Part shown: positions 39,486 to 53,984 of the stretch, in pieces | Layout: the number at the start of each line of letters is the position of its first letter | How positions within the stretch are numbered: the first letter of the stretch is position 1 | Source: Octopus sinensis | Lineage: Eukaryota | DNA length: 64,000 nt | Assembly (NCBI RefSeq): GCF_006345805.1 | Contig: NC_043001.1 | Span: 102,610,001 to 102,674,000 of the forward strand | Direction of reading: 5' to 3' | Position numbers and translations under genes: made by a program | Notes under the pieces: model-generated | What the model saw: the letters and a program-made list of their open reading frames with translations, nothing else | The model's database searches: none | What the model was told of the DNA's origin: nothing

Positions 39486-40558
39486 TCAAGTTAAAGTTAT
39501 CAATCACTGAATTAAAATGGACAGGACAGCTAGAACAAACAAATCTGATATTCCAGCAGACTTTCTTTAACATGGTGAGATTTGTAGCTGATGGATTACA
39601 GGATTCAAATATTTCCTAAAAACTATCAGTCTGGACGTAATCATAATAAACTAGAGATTTTTTTCTTGCTAGGAGACATTTCTGATTCTAGTAGATATTA
39701 ATACATGATTCAGCAACATTTCAAAATGGTAAAAAAAAACATTTATATGAAACCACCAGATGCCTTTTACCAAATAATTTCAAAACCCCAACAAAGACAT
39801 GAATTTCCACAGAATTTGATTGTATCAACTCATGTCTATTATAAAATATACATTAATACAATTAAATTCTATAAAATTTATGTTTAAAAGGCTGACAAAA
39901 CCATTTATAAAAGGTACCTTTAAAATGCTCAAACATTATCAAGTCCACACTATAACAAAATGTCTTGGGGAAGCACCATCCAAACTAACTAGAGCTTTGC
40001 AACAAGCTCTAATGGAGAATCATGTCAAAATATGTGCTGCTTTGTGAGAGCCCTCTGAATTTAATTGGGAAAATTTAAGTGATAAATTTGAACAAATTTT
40101 TGCTATAAACTTTGGAAAATGTGCTTTTTTCCACCTCCACACCTTGTGTCCAACTAAAACTGTTATTTGTCAAAAGAATAAAAGGTAGGATATTGATCTG
40201 TTGTTTGCAAGTTTGGTGGCCATAATTCTTTTGCTCTATAAACTAAGGCATCTTTGTTTATTGAATGGGAATTCCTCAAGTGACTGTATGTTATGCTTCT
40301 GGGCCTCTCACACTTTCCATGATAATGACATGAATTAATGACAAGAAAGTCAAAATTCTCATACATACAGGCTCTTTTGAAAATTTCATCTGTCAAGAAT
40401 TAGCAAATTAATTCAACCTGAAGATATTCCCCAAAACAGGTAGTGAGTCTGTGGCTAATTCCATTCTAACACCACAAGTTCATGGATTTTAATATACTAA
40501 AATATTTATAATAGATTAAGAAAAAAAAAAAGAAAGAAAGATAGTAAATACACAACTG

Positions 40559-40632
<74 letters not shown>

Positions 40633-40772
40633 AATTACACAAAAAGTTAGTGGTGTATATCATGGATCACAACTTTTTGTGATTTTACTCAACTCAAACT
40701 AGTTAGGAAATCTGCTAAACAACTTCAAAGATCTCTCTCTAAACACACACACATGCAATTACATATATATTC

Positions 40773-40815
<43 letters not shown>

Positions 40816-41249
40816 AAGGCACATTGGACTTCTTTTAGTTTCTGTCAACAATTTCACTCACAAGGTTTTGGTCAGCCCAGGACTATAGTACAAAGACACT
40901 TGCCTAAGGTGCCACACAATGGGAGCGAACCCCAAATCAAGTGGCTGGGAAGGAAATTTCATAACCATACATCCATGCCTGCACCTGTAAATTCACGCAC
41001 ACACACACACACACATGTATGATTCAACAGCACAGTAGTATATCAAAGTCCATATCACAGTGGTGTATCAGCGACGCAATCTCAAAGGCAAAAGTAAACA
41101 ATTTGTAGTGTATTGATTTATACAGCAATGACAAATGTCTGTGTTGTTTAGTTCTCAGGACAAGAGAGAGCGAAACCAATCACAGTAATGGATGGGCAAC
41201 ATCAACTTACAGTAAAAGAGAGTTCAATTATGTGAAACATTAAATGTAC

Positions 41250-41257
41250 CTCTTTGT

Positions 41258-41296
<39 letters not shown>

Positions 41297-41304
41297 TGTG
41301 TGTG

Positions 41305-41360
<56 letters not shown>

Positions 41361-41400
41361 TGTGTGTGGTGTGTGTGTGTGTTTGTGAGTGTGTGTGTGT
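41250..41400. repeat. (GT)n microsatellite; similar tracts at 40560-40627 and many shorter sites
   Basis: Direct inspection. Confidence 0.95.
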
Positions 41401-43644
41401 AGTATAAGAGTATGATAGTATGGTAAGTGGAGGTGTGAGTGTGACAGTGTAACTAATACACTGGATAGAATTGCTGCATAATAGGGACATATCTCTCCCT
41501 TTCTCTGCCTATGTCAGTGCCTCTGTAATAATTTGTAAATACATGTGCATGACTATGTACATCTGTATTTGGGTTATTAGTTTCTGTATGTTCTATGCTG
41601 CATGCAACTCTTTGCAATATGTGCAGCAATGTTGCAGAAAAAAAAAGAAACAAATTTACAACTCCAACTCCCTAAATTACAGTTATTCTAGGAACCGCCC
41701 CCTCCCTCTCTCAGCTTCATTCAATGCTTGACTACATTAAACCATACATAATGGTATTCTTTCACTGCCTAGGTCTCTAAGCTGGTCACTTGTGTATGGG
41801 GGGGGGGGAAGAAGAGAGTAAGAGAGCAAAAAGAGAGAGGGAGAGAGAAAGGGGAGGAGAAAGAGAGAATGAGAGTGAGAGACAGGCATACAGACAGACA
41901 GAAGAGAGTAACATGAGACAGAAAGAGAGGAATGAAGTCAGTCAGATGAAACGAAAGAGAAGAGGCAGAGTGAGAGAGAGAGAGAGAGAGATACAAACGC
42001 AAAGAAAGAGAGGTGGGAGAGATGAAACAGTGGGAAGGAGATGAGAATGGAAACAAGAAGCACATTGGAACTTTTGGAGCACTTCAAAAGTTTTTCTAAC
42101 CCCTAGACTGTTTGTCCTTTGTTCATTCTGTTTTTTCTGCACTGGCACATGTTGGACAGGTACATAATTACAGTTGAATGCTCTACCTGTCACAAACCTT
42201 CACCAGTTTCACAAGTTAGGGATTCTTTTATTCAGCCAGTTCAAGAATGAGAGACACAAAATGTAATGTGCACCAGGAAGGAAAATAACATCATCACCGT
42301 TTTCATTTGTGCTCTATCATCATGCAAACATGAATCAGATCAGATTCAATGAGAATGACTCTCTAATACTGGTGGCTCCATCTATCACCAGCCCTCACAT
42401 TTCCAAGTTAAGTTATATTCCAATAATCTTTAGAACACAATCACATTGATGGACATGTCTTCACAACAAATAAATGGCAGCATTTTGCAATGAATAGTGA
42501 CTTTTATCCCTTCTTTCAGTCATCAGACTGTGGCCACGCTGGAGTACCCCTATGAAGTATTTCAGTCAAACAAATCAACTCCAGTACTTATTGCTTTTAA
42601 GCCTGGTACTTATTTTATCAGTCTCTTTTGCCATACTGTTAAGTTATGGGGACAAAGACATATGCACGCAAGCGTGCGCACACACAAACACTAACTGGTT
42701 TCATTCAGTTTGCATCTACCAAATCCACTCACAAGGTTTTGGTTGGCTCCAAGCTGTAGAGCGGAAGACACTTGCTCAGGTGTCACACAGTGAAACTGAA
42801 TCTGGGGGCCCTGGTCAGGAAGCAAACTTCTTACCACACAGCCGTACCTTTGTGAAGAAACTGTGTGTAATGACAAGAAAGGACACAGAATCATATGCAC
42901 ATGTGCATGCAATCATGCATTCTAGTACACACACACACACACCTTCACATGTAAGTCAACATACTTCTTTCCAGTTTCTGTGTACCAAATTCACTTACAA
43001 GGAATTAGTTAACCCAAGGCTATAATAGAAGACACTTTGCCAAGGTGCTGGGCAGTAGGGTTGAACCCAGAATCACACAGTTGCAAAGCAAAGTTTTTAA
43101 CCACAGAGCCATGTCTGCATTTTGCATGCATTATGGAACCATTGCATTCTTGAAAAAAATGCCATAACATGGAATCCCCTCCTGCGAGACCCATTTTACC
43201 ATTAACTTCTTTGTCATGTTACATTGAGATCAAAGGGAAATTAGGTGTCCAATTACTGAACTCTATACAACAGCAAAATATTAAGAAACAGAAAGCTTTC
43301 ATAGTGCAGGGAACACACATGCATCCTTTTGTCTTCAAACTAAAGTTGTTTCTTTTTTTCTTCTTTGTAAGCCTTAATTTTGATTCTTGGTCGAATTTCT
43401 TTTGTTTTTGTTCCACTTACATTCTTTCATCAAAAACCAATGTTTTCCCTACCTTAACTGCATCTGCCTAAACCATGCAAGCTTCTATGTGTCTGTGGAT
43501 CTATGAGAAACGGGAACCAAATTTCTCTTAAATCAATTTAGTGATTGATTTAAGAGAGATTTGGTGCTTTGAAAATAGATAATGTAGTCTTAGATACATA
43601 AAATCCAAAACTTCCTAACAAGGATCAAAATAAAAATCGTATGG

Positions 43645-44204
43645 ATATTGTAGTTGTGATACCCATGCCAGTGTCACGCAGGACCTCACAGAGGAAATGA
43701 CGAAGACCAAGACCCCCGAGATATGCTGTGACTGTGAAGACCTGACAAATGAAATGAGTTTATGGCTCGCAGGACAGCCACTGTGCTAACCTTGGATCGT
43801 AGAGTGACCTGCTGTTCTTGAGGAAACCTATTGAGTCAAGTACGCCGACATCAAAATGAAAATCAAATGGAAATTGTAGTTAAGACACCCGTGCGGGTGA
43901 CACATAAAAAGTACCATCCGAATGTTGCAGGTGCCAGCACCGCCTGACTGGCGTCCGTATTGGTGACACGTAAAAGCACCAACCGATTGTGGGCGTTTGC
44001 CAGCCTGCTCTGGCCCCTGTGCTGGTGGCACATAAAAACCACCCACTACACTCATGGAGTGGTTGGCGCTAGGAAGGGCATCCAGCCATAGAAACACTGC
44101 CAAATCAAACCAGAGCCTGGTGCAGCCTCCATGGCTTACCAGACCCCGATCGAACCATCCAACCCATGTTAGCATGGAAAACAGACGTTAAATGATGATG
44201 ATGT
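43645..44204 (+). mobile_element. Repeat family C (RTE-type 3' tail …gcatggaaaacggacgttaaatgatgatg)
   Basis: Shared block agcacccactacactc..ggagtggttggcgttaggaagggcatccagc. Other copies: about 9650-9915(+), 14705-14972(+), 19296-19720(-), 25600-25752(+), 30490-30635(+), 35432-35745(-), 38805-39065(-), 50030-50418(+), 62915-63190(+). Confidence 0.85.
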
Positions 44205-46091
44205 TAATTGGAAGCTTTAATAATGAATTCTATTTTCATAACTTTGTTGAAAATACTGTGCATGTTGTACACGTATTATGCTTTTAGACAACTTTTCAAA
44301 CTTTTTCAGGACTTTAGGGGTAAAAGTAAAAATTAAAAGCCAAACAAAACAACAATCTTATAATGATTTTTTTTTTTTAAATCAACATGACTTCCACTGA
44401 ACATATTTTTCTTCTTAAGCATGTTGTTGATGGCTAATTATATTCTTTCTTTTCTTTTTGTCTGGCAGGGTATCTCATTAAACAAAGCTGTAGCATTCCA
44501 CCACACACACACCTTTTGTTATGCATTATGAAGTAGGAAATAATTATAATGGCTCATTAGATAATTATGCTGACCAATAAATGTTTCACGGATTCTCTTT
44601 GCAAACTGCTCATAACCACGGATAACCACAGAACTCCCAGTTATCTCAACATATTTGTTTATCTTTAGTCATATACTTATGCCTACATTTGAAAGTAAAA
44701 ATAGAAATAGCTTAAAGAAAGCTTTTTTGTCCGATGTTTTATAAAAATTTTCACTTATTTTCATTTTAAATATAAAATGTTCATGACCTGTACATTCTAG
44801 ATTCAGTTCTACCGAACTGTTTCATAACCTTTCATAATCAATGCCATAGGGGCCTACACTTCTTGCAAACAAACAGTCATCTCATTTGATGAGTTAAAGG
44901 AAAAATAGTTTTTAAAAAATTTTATTTTTTATTCTTAAGCACTGAGAAAGAGAGACAAAAGAGTGAGATAATGAAAAAAAAAAAAAAGATTATCCTAAAC
45001 ATAGCTTCTAAACTCCTGGGCCCAAACTCCATCTGTCTTTTACACTGTTTACATCACTGCTATGAGGGCATCTCTTCCATTCATTTTCTTTCTCCCGTGT
45101 TTTGTTTCCTTTCTGCTTCTCTCTCTCTCTCTCTCATCACACATACATATCTTCAACTAGCATTCATAATCACCTATAAAACATCCAGCTTCAGTATACA
45201 GCCCATACACAGCAGGACCACAAGTACTACTACCCTCAGCCATCCATCTTTACAAATTCCATTTGTACACACACACTTTTCTAGCTTTGCATTGCTAAAT
45301 CATTTTTCTTTTGTCCATTTGGCTTCTCCCCCCCCCCAAAAAAAAAACACAATAGCTTCTTTAGAATGGGTATAATTCGAAAGGTTATGACAACAAAATC
45401 TTGTAAGCTTAGATATACCCTTTCAACTAAAACAACAAATTAAGAAGTTTTTCCATAGTTCAATTAACTAAAGGTCAACTTTATTTTTAACTAATGTCGT
45501 CTCTCTTTTACTTGTTCCAGTCATTAGACTGCAACCCTGCTTGGGCACCACCTTGAAGGAATTTTCAGTCAAAAGAGTCAAACTCAATAAATTCTTGTGT
45601 TTTTTTAAAAAGTCTGGTTCTTATTCTAGTGGTCTCTTTTGCTAAACCACAAACTTACAGGGATGTAAACATACCAACACTGGCTGTCAAGCAGTGATGG
45701 GGAACAAATACACACACACACACAATGGGTTTCTTCCAATTTCTGTCAACTAAATCCACTGACAGGGCTTTGGTTGGCCTGAGGTCATAGAAGAAAATAT
45801 CAGCCCATGGTGCCATGCAAGTGATAATAAGATGATCACATATAATCCATACATCTGGAAACAGAATTTTTCTAAGGATATTGTTACATTTTTACTATCA
45901 AATCTCTCATCAATCAAAAATATTAAAAAAGGTATTTTGCTGTAGTACATGATCTCATTACTAGGCTAATATTGTAACTTTGCATGTGCTATACACACTG
46001 TTTAAGTGGTTGCTATTAGTTCAATATCTGAGCTTGGCTATTTAGCTGAATAAGGCTTCTGGATGTGAAGAATTGCCACGTGACTATAGCT

Positions 46092-46325
46092 ATAAGGCAG
46101 CGAGCTGGCAGAAACGTTAGCACACCAGGCGAAATGCGTAGCCGTATTTCGTCTGCCGTTACGTTCTGAGTTCAAATTCCGCCGAGGTCGACTTTGCCTT
46201 TCATCCTTTCGGGGTCGATTAAAGAAGTACCAGTTACGCACTGGGGTCGATGTAATCGACTTAATCCGTTTGTCTGTCCTTGTTTGTCCCCTCTGTGTTT
46301 AGCCCTTGTGGGTAGTAAAGAAATA
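46092..46325 (+). mobile_element. Full-length young tRNA-derived SINE (family A; central GCCTTTCATCCTTTCGGGGTCGAT, Meta-domain-like)
   Basis: B box GAGTTCAAATTCC; 10-bp TSD gactatagct at 46082-46091 and 46326-46335. Other copies: about 2920-3312(-), 7960-8150(-), 33380-33540(-), 50575-50730(+), 50753-50955(+), 62455-62632(+). Confidence 0.88.
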
Positions 46326-47318
46326 GACTATAGCTTTACTTGAATAAACTTAGTACGACATGAAAACAACATCACTAGTCAAGAATAACAAGATTCCTCT
46401 CAATTACCCAGATATGATAGAAAGTTGGCTGCAATACTTTGCTGCTACAGCATGAATAAAGCGGCTCCTGCATGCTAACATTAAAAACAAATAATAGATT
46501 TATTTAATCAAAAGCATATATAATTGCAATTTGAAAAGTTTCTGTTATGGTGAATCTCAGGAAGTGGAAGAAATGAATTTAGTAGATTAAGATCAGCGAT
46601 AATGTCACCAGTTGTTCCCCAAAGAAATTCATAAGTGCTGAGAGTGTCAGGTTCTTATCAAAACCTCAAAATCTAACCAATCCAAATTTATTATTAGAGG
46701 TTATGTAAGTCAACTTCTTTTGGTAAATTCGAAAAACTGGAATCAAAAAATGAATTATAGAAAATATCATTATTCAAATGTAACTTTTACACACACACAC
46801 ACACACACACACATATTGTAAAATCATATCTTCATAATGCACCCTGAGCTTTATGTTTCCAATGGATACAGTCTACAGCATGAAATGATTTCTAAATTTC
46901 AAATGATTGAGAAAAAATGTAAACGTAATGTAGATGATGTCACTATGTTACTAGAAAGGAATAACAATCTGATTCTAAAATAATACATTTAAGAATCTAA
47001 GTAGGCACCGTAAAAATCCCCTGCATTTTGTAAAATGTGAAAAAAATCAACCACTTTATGGCAGCATGAAAATCCAAACAAGTTAAGGAAATACAAAATT
47101 ATCCTGCAAATATTTAGAAAATGTGAATGAAAATACTACAATGATGAACATGAAATTCAAATAACTATAACAGCTCAGAACTTCTGGATTGATTTGATAA
47201 AGCAAAGTTAAAGTAAGCTAAAACATTCTAATAGATTACTTGTTGAAATTTTGCAAGCAACAGAATGGAAACTGGTAAGAGGATAGGTGTTGTGAGTGCC
47301 ACTGCTTCCGTATGTGTA

Positions 47319-47351
<33 letters not shown>

Positions 47352-47539
47352 AACTTGCTTTCATATAGAAGTTGATAAATGTTTATAGCTGAAATGTAAA
47401 TTAATGGGATTGAAATTCCAGGACAATTTGAGACATTAAACTGCTTAAGGGTTAATATTTTCTCAAAGGAAATATTAAGTCATGTTGTTTTGAGGCGAGA
47501 CCGTTACCAATAAACATTAAATCATTACTCATAAACAAA

Positions 47540-48196
47540 ACCGAGGGATCTAATTTATGAAGGCTTTTAGAAAAAGTGCCTTTATGTGAGAGCAAATGGA
47601 TCGCCTTTAGTGGATATGCAAAAATAAGATGAAGTTCTCAGAACATGTGGAGATCATAAATTATGTGTAAATGAAAGAATTTGTTTGGATACTTATCTAA
47701 TTCTAAAAATTGAATCAATGTTTCATTCTCTTTGTAGCATGAAAAGCATTGCCAAATTGGATTGGTAGGGTGGTGGGACATATCAGTAGATAGAAATGCA
47801 TTCTGAAGCAAGAGAGGTTACAATGAAAGATACACAGGGGTCTCTTAAGGCAGACACATCTTCCATATGGAATTACTAACAACCAGTACTATGTTTCAGA
47901 AAGCAGTTGAATATGATGGTGAAAATAAGGGTGCTAATGTTATTATTTATGAAGATGATATATGTAATGGTGCTAGAACTGTTAAAAGTCTACATATCAA
48001 GGTAGATAAGATCGTGGAAAAAGTGTTGGGCATGGTGATCACTTGAATTAAGCCTGTGATGACTGATGTAAAATACAGACTGAGAAAAGAGGTTAGTCAA
48101 TAGGTCATTGTTACTTAGCAAGGATTATAAATATAAAACTACCAGAGGATAAGAAACACTTTGAATTTATTCTTAGGCTAGGCAATTTATATATAT

Positions 48197-48269
<73 letters not shown>

Positions 48270-48310
48270 ATATGCATATGTATATATGCATATGTATATA
48301 TGCATATATA

Positions 48311-48346
<36 letters not shown>

Positions 48347-49150
48347 GGAATAGCTAAATCAGATATACCCAAGATGACCATCTTGCATTGTCAAGACCAA
48401 TCCCTAACTACTACTGAAACAACATACTCAAATATCAAAGGAGAAGCTTTGGCAATAGCATGATGTCCTGCAAGAATACAGCATTTACAGCTTTGGAAGA
48501 AATTTGAATTGGTTTCAAATCAGGGTCCACTAGAAGTCATTTTTAGCGAAAATTGTGATTTACAGAAAATAACATTTGTACAATATTTTAAGATGGGCCT
48601 TACACATAATAGTATTTGATAACGAAATATATCATGAAATACTACATGACATAATTGTAGTTTGGATGGCTTAAACCATGATGATAATGATGATGATGAC
48701 TTTTCCATCTGTTCATGTTCTGAAAGATGTGGATGTTATAAAATAAGAAAATATAAAGTCAGAGACCGCCAATGATAATATTTTATCATGTATATTAAAA
48801 AGGATTTCTCATAATAATTGCAGTTATTGTTCTGTTGAAAGACTATTTTAATCATTGAAAGTAAGTTAAAAGTTTAAGATGGTATTTTGTGTAATGGAAA
48901 ATTAATCATTCCAGCGATCTGTTGGAACTTTAACAATAAAACTATGACAATGTACAATGGAGCTCACAAGCAACAATGAATCTCTTGAAATTAGAAGTAT
49001 TGTGGACAAAAATTTATAAAAAGATGTCCAATATGTGCTGGAATAAAACCAGACTTACTTCACACAAAAAAGCATGTGCCCTGGCCTAGTGGTTAAGGTG
49101 TTAAGCTCATGATCATAAGGTGATAGGTTCAACCTCTAGACTGGACAGCA
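47540..49150 (+). mobile_element. Highly decayed Ty3/Gypsy LTR-retrotransposon pol remnant (RT, RNase H, trace of integrase Zn finger), interrupted by (AT)n
   Basis: Broken plus frames: RTCGDHKLCVNERICLDTYLILKIESMFHSL…KSIAKLD (RT N-terminus), TMFQKAV…VIIYEDD (YxDD-like), SLTTTETTYSNIKGEALAI…KFELVSNQGPLEVIF (RNase H). No LTRs recognised. Confidence 0.75.
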
Positions 49151-51585
49151 CAGTGTCTTCTTGAGCAAAATTCCTTAATTCACATTCATCTCAGCAACTC
49201 AATTAAAAATAAGTACCAACCCAGTACTGTCACACCCTAAATGCTAGGAACAGAGTTGGAGGACTCAAATATTGTATGCGTTCACTCACAACTACACAGG
49301 TATGTAAAGCAGTCAGTAACAGCAAGGTGCAAGCTACCAAGTGATGGCTATGCTTTACTTTACACCTAAACATGACAAAGTAATTAAGACAAAGATATTA
49401 TATCCATAGAGAGCACAGAACTGTTCTTAAAACATGTCCATGAGTAATCAAGGGCTGAAGTAATATGAACTAACAACAATTGGCAATTCTAATAATCAGA
49501 TAACACAAAAATGGATTCTAATGATAAGGATGAAGATGTGGCATAGCTAATACAGTTTGGCTCATAAGTGCTTATGAGATGTCAAAGTTCTTCGAATTAT
49601 GTTGCATCGATACTATCACAAAATTCGAAGATGTAATATGTTCTAAAATTCAAGATTATTCAGTTGAACATTTAAAATGCTCTGCTGAATAAATATCTAA
49701 ACATAAAGTAGGGACACAAGTGTTAAAATGGATATAAATATAAATATATATATATATATATCTCCACCAAGTATTTGAGCTACATGTTTTTGAGTTATCA
49801 GCCAAGCTCTCACCCATAAAGACTTCTCAGTCCATCAGCTTTGATGAGTAGACAAATACAATCACCAGATCTGATTTGCCAGAGACAGAGAAAAGTAAAA
49901 TGAACCATATCACGGTAGACATATATCTCATGTGGGTAATAAAAAGCTGTGAATCTTAAGTGAACAGGGATATATTAGATTATGGAAATCAAATAAACAA
50001 AGACACAAAATATTATGGCCGAGTTCCTCTCAAGCATTGGGCCTGACGGAGATAAAGTGGCTGAGTTCCTTTCAAGTGTTGCACCTCACAGAGGCAATAA
50101 CCAAGACCTTTGGCATTATGTCATGCTTGAGAAGAAGACCCATCAAGCCTAGCAAAATCGTAGTTATGGCAGATACCAGTGTCATGTAAATTGGCCGGTG
50201 GCACATAGATGCATCCCAGTGTCACACAAATAGCACCCATGGTGGTGGCACGCAAAGGCACCCATTGTGCTCTCGGAGAGGTAGGCAATAGGAAGGGCAT
50301 CCAGCCACAGAAAACCATGCCAAATTAGACTGGAGTTTGGTGCAGCCTTCTAGCGTGCAAGCCCTGTCAAACTGTCCAACCCATGCCAGCATGGACAATG
50401 GACGTTAAATGATGATGAATATAAGAAAAAAACCATACCTCATGTTTTGAGTGGTATTCCAGACTGAATAAAAAAAATTGATTTGACAACTGAATACGAA
50501 CATACATAGCAAATATTGTTCAATATTATTCTGAAATAATAAGAGAAAGGAACCGATTCCTTTCTGTTATGCTAATACTATTATAGCATTCTGAGTTCAA
50601 ATGCCGCTGAGGTCAACTTTACCTTTCATCCTTTCTGGTTCGATGAATTAAGTACCAGTTGTGTACTAGGGTCGATCTAATTGACTGGCCCCTTCCCCCA
50701 AAATTTCAGGCCCTGTGACTAGATTAGAAAAGAATATTATTATAGCTTTGTAAGGCGGCAAGCTGGCAGAATCACTTGCACAGTGGGCAAAATGCTTAGC
50801 AGTAATTTGTCCTTCTTCATGTTCTCAGTTCAAATCCACCAAGCTCGACTTTACCTTTCATCATTTCAGGGTCAATAAAATAAGTAGCACTTGAGCTCTG
50901 GGATCGATGTCAGTGACTTATCCTCTCTCCCAAAATTGCTGGCCTTGTGCCAGAATGGTAGTATAGCATTGCAAATATTTTACATATGTAAAAATATGTT
51001 GTTAATAAAATGTTTTTCAGTAAGAAAAGGAAAACAGAAACATTAAAAGTATGAAATATCAAATTATCAAGAGTAAAACCCCATAACAACTTCATCAAGG
51101 AAACAAAGAAAAAAAAAAATGGGGGGAGGCGGGAGCATTAAGCAGGAGAAGATGGTGACGGGAGTAATATGTTGTACAGCCCAGAATAAATGGTGTGTTT
51201 AACTGTATCTCACACACACGATTGCAAGGCTCATTTCACAGACAGGCTGCAACGATATCAGGGTGGTTACCAGCTTAATGATAGAGCTTAGTTAATACAT
51301 GGAATAAAGATTCTGAACATTAAAAAGTGCATGCAACGATAGAATTGCTTGGGTATCTGATATAAATCTTTTTCTTTTTATTATTTGATAAAAAATGATA
51401 AGACGAACCACTCGTCCTTTATAACCCAAAACTTAAAAAAATAAACAAGTGCCTGACTCATTCTGATCTGCACATATTAAATGATCTTATAATAATATGT
51501 GTGTGTGTGTGTGTATACATATATATGTATATATATGTGTGTGTGTATACATATATATATATATATATACAGACACACAAATATA

Positions 51586-53114
51586 CAGGTACACCTCAAC
51601 CTAAGTCGGTAATTGGTTCCAAGAAACATGACTTAAGTTGAATTGCTTGTCTACAAGCTAGGCTAGGCCTGGCCTAGCCTAAACTGCTAATTGCCAGTCC
51701 CTAGTGCTGTATTTTATTTATGAATGCATTTTCAATAAGACACAAACAAATAATTATTATTTTGTAATAAAGTAAAAAAAATAATAAAGTACTTTAAATT
51801 TATCAATATGTAAAATTTGGTGGTGTTTACGTTGTAGATGTAAATGGCCAAGGATTATCGACATCAACATCACCAGCTGATTGTGGCAGTTCTTGTTGCC
51901 ATTTGGTGAGTTGAACTGGACAAGAATACCTTGAACTGTCTTCTTTTAGTCAAAGATTATGTTATAAAGAGCAAAAGCTTTATGATAAGCCCTTATAATC
52001 TTGGAAAAGTGTTGAGCATTTGGATTTATATCTTTGAACATAGCAAGACCTTTTTCAATGTGAGCAAATGCTTGTATTTTCTTAATGGTGAAGTGGCATG
52101 GTCTAGGTTCAACTTGCTCTTCTTTATTTTTTGGCTCATTTTCTTCAATGATCTTCTTCAATGTCGCAGGAAATTCCACTACTGCTTGTTTGTCAGCTGA
52201 TGTGCTTTCACCTTGCTCCTTAAGTAAGTCATAACTTCTCAGGTTTTGAAATCTCATAAACCATCCTTCACTTGTCTAGAACTCTACATCTTTCTCATCT
52301 GGATATTTTTCTTGAGGTCCTCAAACAAAGACGACATTCTCCTGAACGATTTCTTGACTACGAGGAGCATTCTGACGATTCTGCTTATCAATCCAAACAG
52401 ACTTACCATTTCTTCAAAGATTTTGCCTCTTTTCTTGCTGATAACAGTATTCTTCAACCCTGGGGCTTCAGATGTGATGTGTTAAAATCTTGTCCTTATT
52501 ATGCACATTCGTCGGTACAGTTATCTGATTCACCACAAAAGATCGTGCAATTGCTACAACTTTTCCACCTTTATCATGATGTTTTATCATTGCCAACTTA
52601 TCCTCCAGTGTTACAGCATGACACTTAGCACTTTCACCAAGACTTCTCTTAGAAGGTATGGCAGTAAAAATTAAAGTTACAAATGAATGTAAATGAGAGA
52701 ATCTAAACAATAAACAGATGTAAATAAATCTGAATTCAAAACAATGATGGGAATCACAATGATACCCAACAGTAGATATTGGAACTACCAGTGCAATATG
52801 AGCTCAAGAAAAAAAAACCCCAGATAAATAAGACAACAAAGCTGATTTCATGCTTTAGTGAACTAGGCTACATTACTTTATGGTGTGTATTTTAGCATTT
52901 ACCGTATTTTAATATAATTTTATATTCTTTTATTCTTATTTATTATAACATGATTTTATGTGCCTTGAATGTTGTTTAGTGTTTTTATGATTCCAATATT
53001 ATTGGCAGACAGACGTAAAGTCGAGTAAAATGACTTAACTTGAGTTTTATTTTTCCATATATTATTTTTGAAACCAACGTATCTTCAAGAATGACTTAAG
53101 TTGATGTATCACTG
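51586..53114 (-). mobile_element. Internally deleted Tigger/pogo DNA transposon
   Basis: TA TSDs at 51584-85 and 53115-16. Imperfect TIRs CAGGTACACCTCAACCTAAGTC / CAGTGATACATCAACTTAAGTC. Minus frames give HTH-psq (VTLEDKLAMIK…IARS…NKDKI), a CENP-B-type HTH (…GWFMRFQN…GESTSAD…LKKIIEE) and a Tigger C-terminus. Confidence 0.88.
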
Positions 53115-53399
53115 TATGTGTGTGTGTGTGTGTGTGTATTGGGAAATGTGTGAAATCCTTGGTACATTTAGGTATATTAGGGAAAGGAAAAGAATGACAC
53201 CACTGGTAGTTCTAATCAATTTAATCTTTTAATAATATAATTTTACACTTTGGTTTGTAGATCTAGTGAGTTCTTTGATAACTTCAATGGGGAGATCTTT
53301 TATAGGCTATGCATCTTTTTTTAAAACAAAGGGAGAATCCTGTTATTGTGGGGTGGAATATTTTTTTTGTGTGTGTGTGTGTGTGTGTGTGTTTCAGTA

Positions 53400-53950
53400 G
53401 TGGTTTGTGCTTTCTAACGAAGAATTCTTCTTTATATTGCCAGAAATGTTCATTGTCCAACCATAACTTAAAGAAGTGATAAGATTGTGAATTTTCCCTT
53501 TCCGCATGATGCAAAGTGTTCACTGCAAGTGGTGTTTCTGACAGAAGGGTCTCTCATTTGTTGTTTATGTACACTAATTCTGTCATGTAGTCCCATTTGA
53601 GTTTCACCAATGTAGTATTCTTTACATTATGGGCAAGTTGCACAGTAAATTAAGCTTTTCTTTTTGCAGTTCATGTTTGCATTAACTTTGCAAATCTCAT
53701 CGTTTTTAAAGGAGATTTGTCCAGCCTCTTCAATGTATTCACAAGTTCCACATTGTTTCAATATTAGCTGTAAACTTCGCCTTGGTGAGCAGTTTTTTGG
53801 GGGTGGGTGCTTGACATCTGTTGTATATATTATTTGCGAGGCTTTTAAGAGTGCAGTCATTTTGGAGGATTGCTGGAGAAATTTAAGTATTAGTGTCTGT
53901 TTGTTTGTTTGTAAAATAGGTTTGTTTTGATATTTTCTGAGCAGTATGGA
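53400..53950 (-). mobile_element. Penelope-like retroelement remnant of a different type (C-terminal GIY-YIG preceded by CxxC; Neptune-like)
   Basis: Minus translation: …CGTCEYI…VNANMNCKKKSLIYCATCP*CKEYYIGETQMGLHDRISVH…CSEHFASCG, then after a frameshift KEEFFVRKHKPLL. Confidence 0.8.
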
Positions 53951-53984
53951 GACAAAGAAACAGCTGCTTGGTATCAACATACAC

